From an uncultured Gammaproteobacteria bacterium (GTDB lineage: Bacteria; Patescibacteriota; Patescibacteriia; UBA1558; S5-K13): a DNA stretch of 64,000 bases. Shown one piece after another: positions 37,301 through 46,863 of this stretch. The notes beneath the pieces are model-generated. The model saw only the letters and a program-made list of their open reading frames with translations. It did not search any database and had not been told where the DNA came from. The stretch lies in the NCBI GenBank assembly GCA_964424195.1, contig CAYRHT010000001.1, positions 70,102 to 134,101 on the forward strand, given 5' to 3'. Made by a program: the position numbers and the translations under genes. Each line of letters starts with the position of its first letter. The first letter of the stretch is position 1.

Positions 37301-40300
37301 TTAAATTGTGAAGACTATAGTTTAGATTCATATAATTGTGATCAAGAATATCATCCTTGTTGTGACTATGTAAAATATTGTCCAGTTGAAGATTTATCTT
37401 GTTCAGCCTTTTATCCAATAAATGGAGATCCTTTTGTACCGGCTGTGATTAATAATGAGGATCAGTGTGTAGCAGAGTGTAATAATTATCAAACCTTTAG
37501 TGCTTTACCAAGTTATTTTGATAATCTAGAAGCCTTAGAAGAAAGTGGAGAGGAAGCTATTCCTAATGATAGTAATTTTATTGCTGAAAGTGCTGAAGAT
37601 TGTTCAGAACCATCTTGTGAATTATTTACAAATATTGATAAGTTAGAATTAGGTGCAGAGGCTAAAGAATATTACAGTGCTGTTCGTCAGTGTGTTAAAC
37701 CAGATGATTCAGGAGTAAGTAAAGAATTATACTATACTTGGGAAGGATCTGATACTTCTGCTTTCCAATTAAAAACTTGGGAATTATTAGCTAGTGATGA
37801 TGAAGATCATTTAAATGGTGAGGGTGGAAAGGCTCCTTGTACTAATGTATTAATTGGTAATACAAGTTGTTTAGATGATGTTAATAATGTAGAAGAATGT
37901 AATCCAGAAACTAATTTAGACTGTCGAACTTTCTATGATGAAGATGCTCTTCCCCATAACCGTTTACTTTCTAAAACTATTCCAATTACTGAAGAATGTA
38001 TAAATGTTCGAAGAGAAATTTCTAATCAAGTTTACAAAATAATTCCTTCAATGAGTAATGCTTGTGATGTATCTAATTTAGGATGTACTACTTATCAAGG
38101 AAATGATAGTAATAATGTTCGGAATATATTTAGAGAAGATTTTGAAAGTGGTTCTACTGCTGGTTGGATGGCTGATATAGATGGTGGAGGTAGTAGTATT
38201 AATTTAGTACATTCTTCAGAAGCTATTCATTATAATGGTAGTTCAATGAAAGTTTGGGTAGGAGATGATTCAGAAGCAATTTGGATTTCATATAATTTAA
38301 CTGAAGCTGGGGAAGTAGTTTTTCCAGGTAAACAATATTCTTTAAGTTTTTGGGCTAAATCTTTTGGAGATAATACTTCTGGTTTTTATCCAGCTCAAAA
38401 TTATGATGGTCTTGAGAATACTGGAGGCGTACTTTCTTTAAATTCTTTGTTATATAACAAAGCTCAAGCTAGTGATGACGATGCTTCATTAATTTTTGAT
38501 AATAATCTTTCAGTAATTAATCGAGAGTGGTTATTATACAACTATAATGTAACTGATTTTAAAACTGACCAAAATGGTGATGTTGTTTTGAGTTTTAAGA
38601 TTAATATTGATAATAGTATTTATGAATATGATGGTATTTATATCGACAACATTATCCTTAAAGCTTTGACTAGTAGTTTTGATAAGATTAAAGATTCTTG
38701 GCAAACTCCAAGAGTTTGTTTAGATAATGATTATTTAGGATGTCAGGCTTATCAAGATCCAAGTAATAATATCTCTTATCTATATCAATTTACTGATTTA
38801 TGTCCAGAAGAAAATATTGGTTGTCAGGCGATGATTGATACTCAAAATTCAAGTATGCCGGGACAACAAACCTTTAATGCCTATTGTTCAGAAGGTAGTT
38901 CAGAAGAAGAATGTAATTTAGGAAATTATTATTACCAGAATGATTCTAATGTTCCTGATGATAATATATTTGATAGTACAGTTATTGTTCCTAGTGATGA
39001 TTTAGTTTACATTGTGGCTGATAATGATCATAGTTGTTTATCTGGTAATAAAGGTTGTCAGGAGATGTCAATTATTGATAATGAGGGTGTTAATCAAGCT
39101 ATTAATATAGTAAGTAATCCAGATCATTATGTAGCTCATGATATGTATGGTGAAAATAATAATATTTTATGTTTAGATGAATATCAAAATTGTGTTTCCT
39201 TTAGTAACTTAGAGGGTTCTAAATTACATAAAATACATCCTCGAAATTTAACTTGTGAATATCAAGAGGAAGATACAGAGAGAAATATTCCAGCTGGTTT
39301 TTACAATCAAGATGGAGAAAATTGTGCTGGTTTAATTTATAGTAAAGCTTATGATGATTTTACCTTTAATATTGTAGAACAATGGAAACCTTATGATGAT
39401 TATCAAAATCAATATGCTGGAGTTTGTCCAACAGAAGAAAATTCTTGTTCAGGATTTATAGACCCTCTAGATAATTTAGATTTTAGTGATTATGTTTATT
39501 CTCATTTAGGAATTAATTTAAATTATAATCATCCTAGTGAATGGCGTCAGGCTTCTTGGTCTAAGGACAACGCTGTGATTGATAATTTTGGTCCCGAAGG
39601 AATTAGTTATCATCCGGCAAGTAATGAAGATGATTATGAGGGTCTTAATATAATTCTTAGCGGGGATCAAAACCTATTAATCTATCGAGGGCCAGATTAT
39701 ACAGATAATATTTTTAATTTTAATGTAGCAGCAGACACTACTTATCGTTTAAGTGCCCGAGTTAAACTAGAAGATGCTGATTCAGTAATGACTTTCTTAA
39801 GTTGTAAACCTAATTCTAGTAGTTCTCAGGATTCCTTTGAGGGTTATTTTGTAAATGAGGATTGGTATGAGGGTGAAAATAATATTCCTTATGCTTTCCC
39901 AGCTATTAAATCAAATTATTCAACTACAAATAATGATCAATGGCAATATATCTATGGTTTATATGAGATTTTACCGGGAGCTCAGTATTGTAATATGGCT
40001 TTCTATATCAATGGAGAATCTGGATCTAAGTTTACCATTGCTGATATGAATTTGGAGAAAGTAAGTGGAGATTATTATTACTTAGATAATGATTATCTTG
40101 ATTATGATTCTTGTAATTCAGCTAACTTAAAAGAGGGCTGTGTATTATTCCATGATATATCAGAAACAGAATTAAAATGGAATCATCAAGTAAGTTATGA
40201 AGAAAATAGATTAGCCCCAGGAGATTCTAGAAATCCTAGCGATGTTAATGCTTTATTAAAAGTAACTCGAGATAAGCAGTGTGCTGAATGGTTGACTTGT

Positions 40301-43300
40301 GGAGCTAGTTTAAAAACTATTGACCAAGCTAGTGGTCAAACTAAAGAGGCTTGTGTTTCTTTGATTGCTTGTGATGAATTATCAGAGGATAAGGCAGGAG
40401 TTTGTACTCATCCTTTCTTTAATGGAGCAACAGCTCAACCATTAACTTTAGATTACTATCATCAAATGAGAGGAAAGTCTGAATGGTCAGATTTAGATTA
40501 TAGTGGTTATTCAATTCCAGGACTATATCCTCTTGATTCTTTAACTCCTTTAGAAGTTGTTAATGATACTGGCACTAGTACAGTATTAGGACATTTAGTT
40601 CTTAAACAAAATAGTTTAGGACAGCCATTTGTATATAAATTAGGGGTAGGAGTAGACAATTATTTAACAAATATTTATACAGAAGATGTTTCTGGTTCAG
40701 AAGAAATAGGTATTAATTTGGGATCTAATTTAATAGATGGAGAAGGTTTTGCAGATAAAGCTTGTCGTTTGTATCCAGAAGTAAATTCTCCTTTCCCTCA
40801 AATACAATTTAGTAAGATTGCTCGAGGAGAATTCTCAGATAGTGATAGTATGTCTTCTGAAGCTCCTTATCTAGATATTCGAGATAAAGCGGCTAATTTT
40901 GCTAATGCTAATATTTGTCAGACTGGTAGTGGTTCTGCTTTAGAAGACGAAGAATATCCTTTTGCTCAAGGTACAGACTGTGAATGTCATTATACTAAGG
41001 CTACTTATGGTTCTGAAACTTTATACTTCCCTTATGACTATGATAATCATATTCCAGATTCAATAGAAATAGATTATGGTAGCGGGGGTAGTACTTTATC
41101 AATTAAAAATAAGACTAAATATTTAGGATGGAAAGGATTTTGTTTAGACAAAGAACAATCTTTGTTTATAAATAACACTGAATCTTTGACAGAAGATATG
41201 AAAGATTACCGATGTTTAACTTGGTATCCCATTGATTTATTAAGTGGAGAAATTGATGCTTATGGTGCTAGTGAAGAGGCAGAAGTTTCTTATAATAAAG
41301 TTGGTGATAATGATAAATTATGTGTAGTAGGGGAAGATTATGTAACTACTGAGGATCGAGTCTATTGTGGAAGAGTTGAACTAGGTTATTGTAATGTTTT
41401 ATTATATATCCCAGAAGGATCTAAAGTTAATCCAGATAAAGTTGCTCAATATACTAGCGAGGTGCTTAATTATGATAATGAAGGTAATCAAGTGGGAATG
41501 TTAGATACAGGGTGGTTACCAGCTAATAAATTTGAATATCATGATGGTACAGTTCCTTATTGCGAAGGATCTTCTTGTGTTGGTAATCCTGTAATATTTT
41601 CATCAATAGCTGCCAATAGATTAGAAGCAACTCCTGGAGTTCCTAATAATGGAAAATTTCCAGCAGCAGATTTTGGAATATTAATGTCTGATTGTAGTTT
41701 TATTGGTGGAACATGTACTAGTATAGATGGTACTTCTAGTGATGTATTTGCTGGACAATATGTATTTAATGAGTTATTTGATCCTCCTGTTGATTCAGAA
41801 ATAAAATATTTTTTCCTTGATGAAGGAGTAAATAAAGATGGTGATAAAAATATTAATACTCATACAAGCGGTTCTAGTAAATATCAAACTGGAAGTAAAA
41901 TAGTTCTCGAGGGTTATTCACGACCTTCTGATAGAGACTGTGAAGATGGTTTAGCTGCTACTGAAAGTTTGGCCCAGAAATATGCCGCAGGCAGTACTAC
42001 TTGGTGCAGAAGTCAAGGAAAACATCTTGTTGATTGGAAATGTCACAGTGAAGGATGGTGTAGTTGGGCAAATAGATGGGATGCTTGTAAGGTTTGGTGT
42101 AATCCTTTGGAATTTAATTATTATGTTTATGCTGATCCAGTAGCAAATGATATTTGTACTAATACAGATTGTTCAGGGAATGATAAGGGATTACAGTGTT
42201 TAGAAACTAAAAATGATATTTATGTTAATTTAGCTAGTTATGTTGATGAAGATTTAGATTTTGATATTACGGAATGTAAGATACAAGAAGTTAACGATTT
42301 TGACTGTGATTTTGTACAATGTGTTCAAAGCCAAAATAATTCTCCATATTATTGTGAACAATATAATGATTGTTTGATTTATAATTATAATGCAGGTGAA
42401 GACTTTACAGATGAAAATGAGAATGGAATGTGGGATGAAGGTGATGGAACATTTATGGATCCAAGTGAACCTTTGGTAGACACTGGTTATGATACGGTTG
42501 ATGGTGAGGGTAATCCAATAACAGTAGGTGCTGACAATGAAATATGGGATGGACCAATTATTATATCGAATGATTTGTATTATGAAGCTTATGGTGAAGC
42601 TAATGATGATGGTGACATAGTTCAAGAGTCATGTCTTAATTCTGAAATAGAGGTTAATTGTACTTCAGATAATGGTTATGATACAGGTAGTGAAGGTACT
42701 GACTGTGGAGATGATTGTATTAAGACATGTAAAACTTATGTAGATTTAGATAATGTTGTGTATAATTCAAATAATTTTTATTTGAATCGGTTAGATTTAG
42801 ATAAACTTGGTGATGATGTTTGTATTGTTAATGGAGAATCTATTTGTGCTAAAACCTTATCTGGTAATGTTAATGAATATAACGAGCAAAGAGCAATTAG
42901 ATTTGATGAAATTTATGAACTTTCTGGAATAGATGGAGCAGAATGGTCAACAGTTAATTCTCCTTTTTCAGCTAATTCTGTAGAAGATTTTCAGCCGTTG
43001 GATTTAAGAAATTTAATTAATGTTGTAGATAGATCATTTACTAGTAATGATATTTTTAATGATTATTATTCTGATTTAAATGCTTCCCCAGCAGAAGATT
43101 TAGGAGATGCTAAGTATAGATTAGAAAATGTAGTTATTGAAATACCAAATAATAATTTTCAACAATATGATGCCAATGTAAAAAATTGGTCGCGCCCAGA
43201 GGATTGGTCTGGTAATTATTGGAAGATAGCTAAGAGTTCTGAGTCAGAAATTAGACAAACTAATTATGATGAAAATAATGGATTCTCTGAAGGAGATTCA

Positions 43301-43915
43301 GGAATAAGTGTTAATAGTACTCATAATCAACATATTATTAAAGAAGATGGTAATTTATATGCTTATTTAATGTTCTATGCTTACACTTCTCCAGGTGCTA
43401 CTCCTATTCAAGAAATTAGTATTGATTGGACTGGAGTAAATGTTGATAAATTGGTATTAAGAGGTCCTTTTAAGAATCATAAACAAGATTGTGTTCGAAA
43501 ATGTGGAGTGGTTTATGGTGAAGATTATGATGCTATTGAGAATTATGAAGCTATTAATTGGGATTCAGAAGACAATAATTGTGTTGTTAATTCAGATTGT
43601 AGTCCCTATGATGATGAGAATGAGAGATATTGTTTCTCTAAGACCTGGGGAGATCATCCAGATGCTTGTATTGAAGATAATCAGGATCAATCTCAAGATG
43701 GTTATTTCTCTTACAGCTTTATATACGCTTGTGATGCTTTGAATGATTATTGGAAAGAAGATTGTACTGGTTATGATGCTAATATTCAAGGTGGTTGCTG
43801 TGTTTATACTCCAACAGTTACTATTACTGATAATTGGGGAAAGCAAAAGACAGAAAATCTAGGTGATTGTAATAATGGTGATAATATTTGTTCAGTAATT
43901 GTAATTCCTAAATAA
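34346..43915 (+). CDS. Giant (3189 aa) secreted Cys/Asp-rich multidomain protein with CBM-like beta-sandwich segments
   Basis: Uninterrupted 9.57-kb ORF; signal peptide ending VKAQ; many Cys clusters; NLIANGSFE...YLDGVQLE and FREDFESG...IYIDNI CBM-like segments. Confidence 0.9.
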   Translation: MTLAKNKKIFIITFLIVFLFTASIGGLTSKNVKAQLLPMPVIDWTPAKVIVADIPAETHWWADVVSWIKEKSFTKIIANAFSRTFQRYMETLAYNSASFLAGGIEGGKSAWSTDNWNSYMVDARDAATAEFLDSLASGYDFDICKPPGGINIQNKVNLIISTNEDKREPRCSLNDIKKKWGDLGEKLQNDPLTLMKINNQSLKELGFDKFTSGSMPTLDDFNEVRAKLLQSSINIKESDLGYIQEVENELARQQQLKEEMAEKERINPDGSKPKRNPITGDVIVPAEVAKGDLGTVWNTSKESAATLSDDPVVNIANIFLNTLVSKSLRGLINRLFIPKPPQYDEVTEDRGLISNFNREVNIVEKTFAQIKKISYNINLTDIDVIAEMEMDLGNDLPGIMNNKTISSDFAEALRKAQAGEVLTLKEAIEENLVDQNKWFGYIDVASQNPKQPSVVEGFSADNIKKLVKNRVVSVGWLFAAEKIKELKGQIIRGCSSQGCTLENVLEEYDKSGTYNVLENEGEDPQIYKNEYCGWRSINAEPYFIDINNANDCELNEAGQFNGISGIELKWSGASDSISGKCYRYEDLNGDSIIDEISLEAENRETCETLEPSFEPEVNGLGGYYYYEWEPGGCLIKELDESPLCHLVDPNTVLKAPAQQCGAEGYYSILETRNTGSRQEDCADVKHCIEEDDDGRCVGGYDYCVKEENIWRFNGDSCSKQFNSCTTLIDDQGQRESYLIDTLRDCPQEEVGCRDYIFEKELIDDQYVWDNDAPKAYFNSSVEECNDNALGCNEFIQIKPGVNLIANGSFEINEGPEDEKPDFWNLNNGRFSLERDAYLGNYSLKHIGGNEDLLSKENLLIPDKGLYTLSYYVRAEDSDVQVKPKLLVANQNGVTIPLSNEDAIFNPGEVINNWQRVSGHFSIPENQNVISVDLIFQIKGDVYLDGVQLELNELVDSDLNEGEGDTTTYQEYGQVSQAYFKKAPDYLNCEDYSLDSYNCDQEYHPCCDYVKYCPVEDLSCSAFYPINGDPFVPAVINNEDQCVAECNNYQTFSALPSYFDNLEALEESGEEAIPNDSNFIAESAEDCSEPSCELFTNIDKLELGAEAKEYYSAVRQCVKPDDSGVSKELYYTWEGSDTSAFQLKTWELLASDDEDHLNGEGGKAPCTNVLIGNTSCLDDVNNVEECNPETNLDCRTFYDEDALPHNRLLSKTIPITEECINVRREISNQVYKIIPSMSNACDVSNLGCTTYQGNDSNNVRNIFREDFESGSTAGWMADIDGGGSSINLVHSSEAIHYNGSSMKVWVGDDSEAIWISYNLTEAGEVVFPGKQYSLSFWAKSFGDNTSGFYPAQNYDGLENTGGVLSLNSLLYNKAQASDDDASLIFDNNLSVINREWLLYNYNVTDFKTDQNGDVVLSFKINIDNSIYEYDGIYIDNIILKALTSSFDKIKDSWQTPRVCLDNDYLGCQAYQDPSNNISYLYQFTDLCPEENIGCQAMIDTQNSSMPGQQTFNAYCSEGSSEEECNLGNYYYQNDSNVPDDNIFDSTVIVPSDDLVYIVADNDHSCLSGNKGCQEMSIIDNEGVNQAINIVSNPDHYVAHDMYGENNNILCLDEYQNCVSFSNLEGSKLHKIHPRNLTCEYQEEDTERNIPAGFYNQDGENCAGLIYSKAYDDFTFNIVEQWKPYDDYQNQYAGVCPTEENSCSGFIDPLDNLDFSDYVYSHLGINLNYNHPSEWRQASWSKDNAVIDNFGPEGISYHPASNEDDYEGLNIILSGDQNLLIYRGPDYTDNIFNFNVAADTTYRLSARVKLEDADSVMTFLSCKPNSSSSQDSFEGYFVNEDWYEGENNIPYAFPAIKSNYSTTNNDQWQYIYGLYEILPGAQYCNMAFYINGESGSKFTIADMNLEKVSGDYYYLDNDYLDYDSCNSANLKEGCVLFHDISETELKWNHQVSYEENRLAPGDSRNPSDVNALLKVTRDKQCAEWLTCGASLKTIDQASGQTKEACVSLIACDELSEDKAGVCTHPFFNGATAQPLTLDYYHQMRGKSEWSDLDYSGYSIPGLYPLDSLTPLEVVNDTGTSTVLGHLVLKQNSLGQPFVYKLGVGVDNYLTNIYTEDVSGSEEIGINLGSNLIDGEGFADKACRLYPEVNSPFPQIQFSKIARGEFSDSDSMSSEAPYLDIRDKAANFANANICQTGSGSALEDEEYPFAQGTDCECHYTKATYGSETLYFPYDYDNHIPDSIEIDYGSGGSTLSIKNKTKYLGWKGFCLDKEQSLFINNTESLTEDMKDYRCLTWYPIDLLSGEIDAYGASEEAEVSYNKVGDNDKLCVVGEDYVTTEDRVYCGRVELGYCNVLLYIPEGSKVNPDKVAQYTSEVLNYDNEGNQVGMLDTGWLPANKFEYHDGTVPYCEGSSCVGNPVIFSSIAANRLEATPGVPNNGKFPAADFGILMSDCSFIGGTCTSIDGTSSDVFAGQYVFNELFDPPVDSEIKYFFLDEGVNKDGDKNINTHTSGSSKYQTGSKIVLEGYSRPSDRDCEDGLAATESLAQKYAAGSTTWCRSQGKHLVDWKCHSEGWCSWANRWDACKVWCNPLEFNYYVYADPVANDICTNTDCSGNDKGLQCLETKNDIYVNLASYVDEDLDFDITECKIQEVNDFDCDFVQCVQSQNNSPYYCEQYNDCLIYNYNAGEDFTDENENGMWDEGDGTFMDPSEPLVDTGYDTVDGEGNPITVGADNEIWDGPIIISNDLYYEAYGEANDDGDIVQESCLNSEIEVNCTSDNGYDTGSEGTDCGDDCIKTCKTYVDLDNVVYNSNNFYLNRLDLDKLGDDVCIVNGESICAKTLSGNVNEYNEQRAIRFDEIYELSGIDGAEWSTVNSPFSANSVEDFQPLDLRNLINVVDRSFTSNDIFNDYYSDLNASPAEDLGDAKYRLENVVIEIPNNNFQQYDANVKNWSRPEDWSGNYWKIAKSSESEIRQTNYDENNGFSEGDSGISVNSTHNQHIIKEDGNLYAYLMFYAYTSPGATPIQEISIDWTGVNVDKLVLRGPFKNHKQDCVRKCGVVYGEDYDAIENYEAINWDSEDNNCVVNSDCSPYDDENERYCFSKTWGDHPDACIEDNQDQSQDGYFSYSFIYACDALNDYWKEDCTGYDANIQGGCCVYTPTVTITDNWGKQKTENLGDCNNGDNICSVIVIPK

Positions 43916-43921
43916 TTTAAT

Positions 43922-46831
43922 ATGTTTAGTAGATTATATAAAAAATTAGTTCAGAAATGGTTAAATCTTTCTCGAAAAAGAAGGGCATTTTATACTACTC
44001 TTTTTTCTGTAGTGTTATTAATCATAATAATACCGTTTTCAGCGAAAGCAACTGTTGGGGCATCTATAGCTAGTTTTTTAGCTTCAATTATTGGTATAAT
44101 CCTTGGTTGGTTAGCTCCAGTTATAACTCTAGAAATTAATATGTTTGTTAAATTTGCGCAGTTTAATAATTTCTTAGATGTCACTGCTGTTAAAGAAGGT
44201 TGGAAATTAGTCCGAGATGTTTGTAATATGTTTTTTATTATTATCCTTTTAATAATTTCTTTTGCTACTATTCTAAGAATAGAGTCCTATGCTTACAAGA
44301 AGTGGTTAGGTAAATTAGTAATCGCTGCTATTTTAATAAATTTTTCTAAGACTATTACTGGACTTTTAATTGGATTTTCTCAGATTATAATGTTAACCTT
44401 TGTATCTGCTTTTAGAAGCGCAGTAGCTGGTAATTTAGGTGCTGGTTTACATTTAAATGAAATGTTAGCCGCTAGTAAGTCAGGAGAATTAGGAAAATTT
44501 TCAGATAACAAGGATGATAAATTAGATGCTTTTGCTGTCTTTGGAGCTTTGTTGTTAGCTCTAGCTTTGTTAACAGTTTTTGTAGTAGTAATGATAGTGA
44601 TGATAGTCGTTTTAGTAGGTAGGATAGTAACCCTCTGGGTTCTAGTTATTCTATCACCAGTAGCTTATCTATTACAGGCTTCTCCTTTTGGAGAGAAATA
44701 TGCTAAACAATGGTGGCAAGAATTAGGTAAAAACTTAATTGCTGGTCCTGTTTTAGCATTCTTTTTATGGCTAGCTTTTTTAACAGTTCAAAGAAGTGGG
44801 GGAAAAGTTGTTGAACATATGGAGAATCCAATTGATGTTTCTGGTAGTTCAGGAGTGGGAGTTGCAGCTAGTGCTCCAGTGTTTATTTCAGGGATTAGTG
44901 AAACTTCGGCTTTAATGGATTATATTATTACCATTGCTTTATTAATAGCTGCTTTAAAGATTACTCAAGATTTAGGAGTAATTGGTTCTAGTTTTGCTGG
45001 TAAAATGCAACAGAATTTAGGTAAGATGGGTAAGAAAGCAGCTAAGGCAGGTACTTGGGGTTTAGCTAAGTATACCGATAGAAAAATTGGTTCTGCTAAA
45101 GGGAATAAATTTGGAATTAGCGCTCATAATATTGTTGATAAGGCTAAAGGAATTAAGGAATCATGGGCAAAATCAGCAGATAAAGAAAGATCTAAAATTA
45201 GAAGAAGAGGTGCTGATAATGCAAGTCATAGTTCTGGTCTCGTAAGAGCTGTTCTTGGTTCAGGTAAAGATTGGGCTGATCGATATGGTCCAGTTGGAAC
45301 CCTTGGAGTTAAGGGTGCTAAAAATATAATTAGAGATACCTTTAGTAAGGGTTTAAACACTCATGCTAAAACATCTGAAAAGGCCGAAGAAGAGAAGAAA
45401 AAATATGATGAAGAAATGGCAAGAAGAGAGACTATTGAATTAGAAATCATTGCTAAACCAAATGCTGCCCAAGAAAATTTTGATAAAGCAAAAGCAGATC
45501 AAGAAACACATAAACTTGAATTAACAGAACTTACTGAGGAAATGGAAAAAGCAGAAAAAGATGGAGATTTAGACGAGGAGACAAAAAAAGAATTCAAAAA
45601 GAGATTAAAGAAGAAGAAAAAACAAATAGAGGATGACAAAACTAAAGTAGTCGCAGCTGGAACAGTAAAAGAAGAATGGGATAATTTACCACAAGAAGAA
45701 AAAGACAAAGTTGAAGCTGATAAGGAATATGTAAAATCTATAAGGAGGGATAGAGAAGATATAAAAGGACTTGAATATGAAATGGGACTACACAAGAAAG
45801 GTTCAAAAGAATATGAAGATTTGAAAGATCAAAAAGAAACTGCGGAAATGTCTTTAATAGATAAGGAACATAAACATGGTTTAGATATTTATGGTTCAGA
45901 AGGAGAATTTAAAAATCAATCTTCAATAGAATTGAATACTAATTTAAAGAAACAAACAGGAATAAAACAAAAAGCAGATAAAAAATTATCTAAACTTTCT
46001 ATGGGAAGATCACTGGCTGCTAGAGTAGAAGAAAGATCTCAAATAGAAGAAAGTAAAAAGAAATATAAGCATCTTAAGGGTCATCCAGAATTAATCCAAT
46101 ATTTAGATTCAGCTCTTCAAAAGGGTGAAGAATTTGATGCTATAGGTCTTATGGAAAAATTAGCTGAAGATGGTAATGAAAACGAATTTTTAAAACATTA
46201 TGGATATGAAAGTGGTCCAATAGGCCTACATAAATTTGTTCAAGAAAAATTAATAAAAGAGCAAGGTATAGATGAGCAGTTGGCATTGGGACTTCAGAAT
46301 GATATTGGTGAAATAGCTAAAGAAACAGGGCATTGGGAACTTGCCGAAACAACGGATATTAGTAAAACTGGAAAACTTAGAAGTATTATTACTGAACAGA
46401 AAGATGAAAATGGAAATATTGAATATGACCTTAAAGAGCATACTATCCGCGCCCATGTTGAATTTTCTAAAAGAGATAATAGAAGAATGATGCAGAATAC
46501 AAATAGATTAGGTATTGGATCAGAAAATGGTGAAACTGGAGAATTTGAAATAAGTGACCTTGGTCGTTTAATTCTTTTAAATCTTAGTAAAAATCATGAA
46601 TTTATAACTAAAAGAATCAATGAGTTAAATCCAAATCTTTTATCTACTATTACTAGACCAAAAGTGAGAAAACAAGTTGAGAAAATTATCGGTAAAAATT
46701 CTGTCTTATATCAAAAACTTGATGACATGGTTGGTGAGAGAGGAGCTATTAAAGATACAGGTGCTGCTACAGAAAGTCTTATTGGATATGATGAGATCCA
46801 AGAAGCTAAGAAGAAAAAGATTGGAAAATGA
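43922..46831 (+). CDS. TrbL/VirB6-like polytopic membrane protein with long charged coiled-coil C-terminus
   Basis: GWKLVRDVCNMFFI, AAILINFS, GRIVTLWVLVILSPVAY, QWWQEL; Lys/Glu-rich tail. Family assignment is by recalled pattern. Confidence 0.7.
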   Translation: MFSRLYKKLVQKWLNLSRKRRAFYTTLFSVVLLIIIIPFSAKATVGASIASFLASIIGIILGWLAPVITLEINMFVKFAQFNNFLDVTAVKEGWKLVRDVCNMFFIIILLIISFATILRIESYAYKKWLGKLVIAAILINFSKTITGLLIGFSQIIMLTFVSAFRSAVAGNLGAGLHLNEMLAASKSGELGKFSDNKDDKLDAFAVFGALLLALALLTVFVVVMIVMIVVLVGRIVTLWVLVILSPVAYLLQASPFGEKYAKQWWQELGKNLIAGPVLAFFLWLAFLTVQRSGGKVVEHMENPIDVSGSSGVGVAASAPVFISGISETSALMDYIITIALLIAALKITQDLGVIGSSFAGKMQQNLGKMGKKAAKAGTWGLAKYTDRKIGSAKGNKFGISAHNIVDKAKGIKESWAKSADKERSKIRRRGADNASHSSGLVRAVLGSGKDWADRYGPVGTLGVKGAKNIIRDTFSKGLNTHAKTSEKAEEEKKKYDEEMARRETIELEIIAKPNAAQENFDKAKADQETHKLELTELTEEMEKAEKDGDLDEETKKEFKKRLKKKKKQIEDDKTKVVAAGTVKEEWDNLPQEEKDKVEADKEYVKSIRRDREDIKGLEYEMGLHKKGSKEYEDLKDQKETAEMSLIDKEHKHGLDIYGSEGEFKNQSSIELNTNLKKQTGIKQKADKKLSKLSMGRSLAARVEERSQIEESKKKYKHLKGHPELIQYLDSALQKGEEFDAIGLMEKLAEDGNENEFLKHYGYESGPIGLHKFVQEKLIKEQGIDEQLALGLQNDIGEIAKETGHWELAETTDISKTGKLRSIITEQKDENGNIEYDLKEHTIRAHVEFSKRDNRRMMQNTNRLGIGSENGETGEFEISDLGRLILLNLSKNHEFITKRINELNPNLLSTITRPKVRKQVEKIIGKNSVLYQKLDDMVGERGAIKDTGAATESLIGYDEIQEAKKKKIGK

Positions 46832-46863
46832 AAATATTTTGTTTAAATTTATAATTAGTATAT

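Noticed and set aside
34346-43915. Diversity-generating retroelement target or RHS/RTX toxin
   Set aside because: No reverse transcriptase, no template/variable repeat pair seen, and no YD or GGxGxD repeat arrays.
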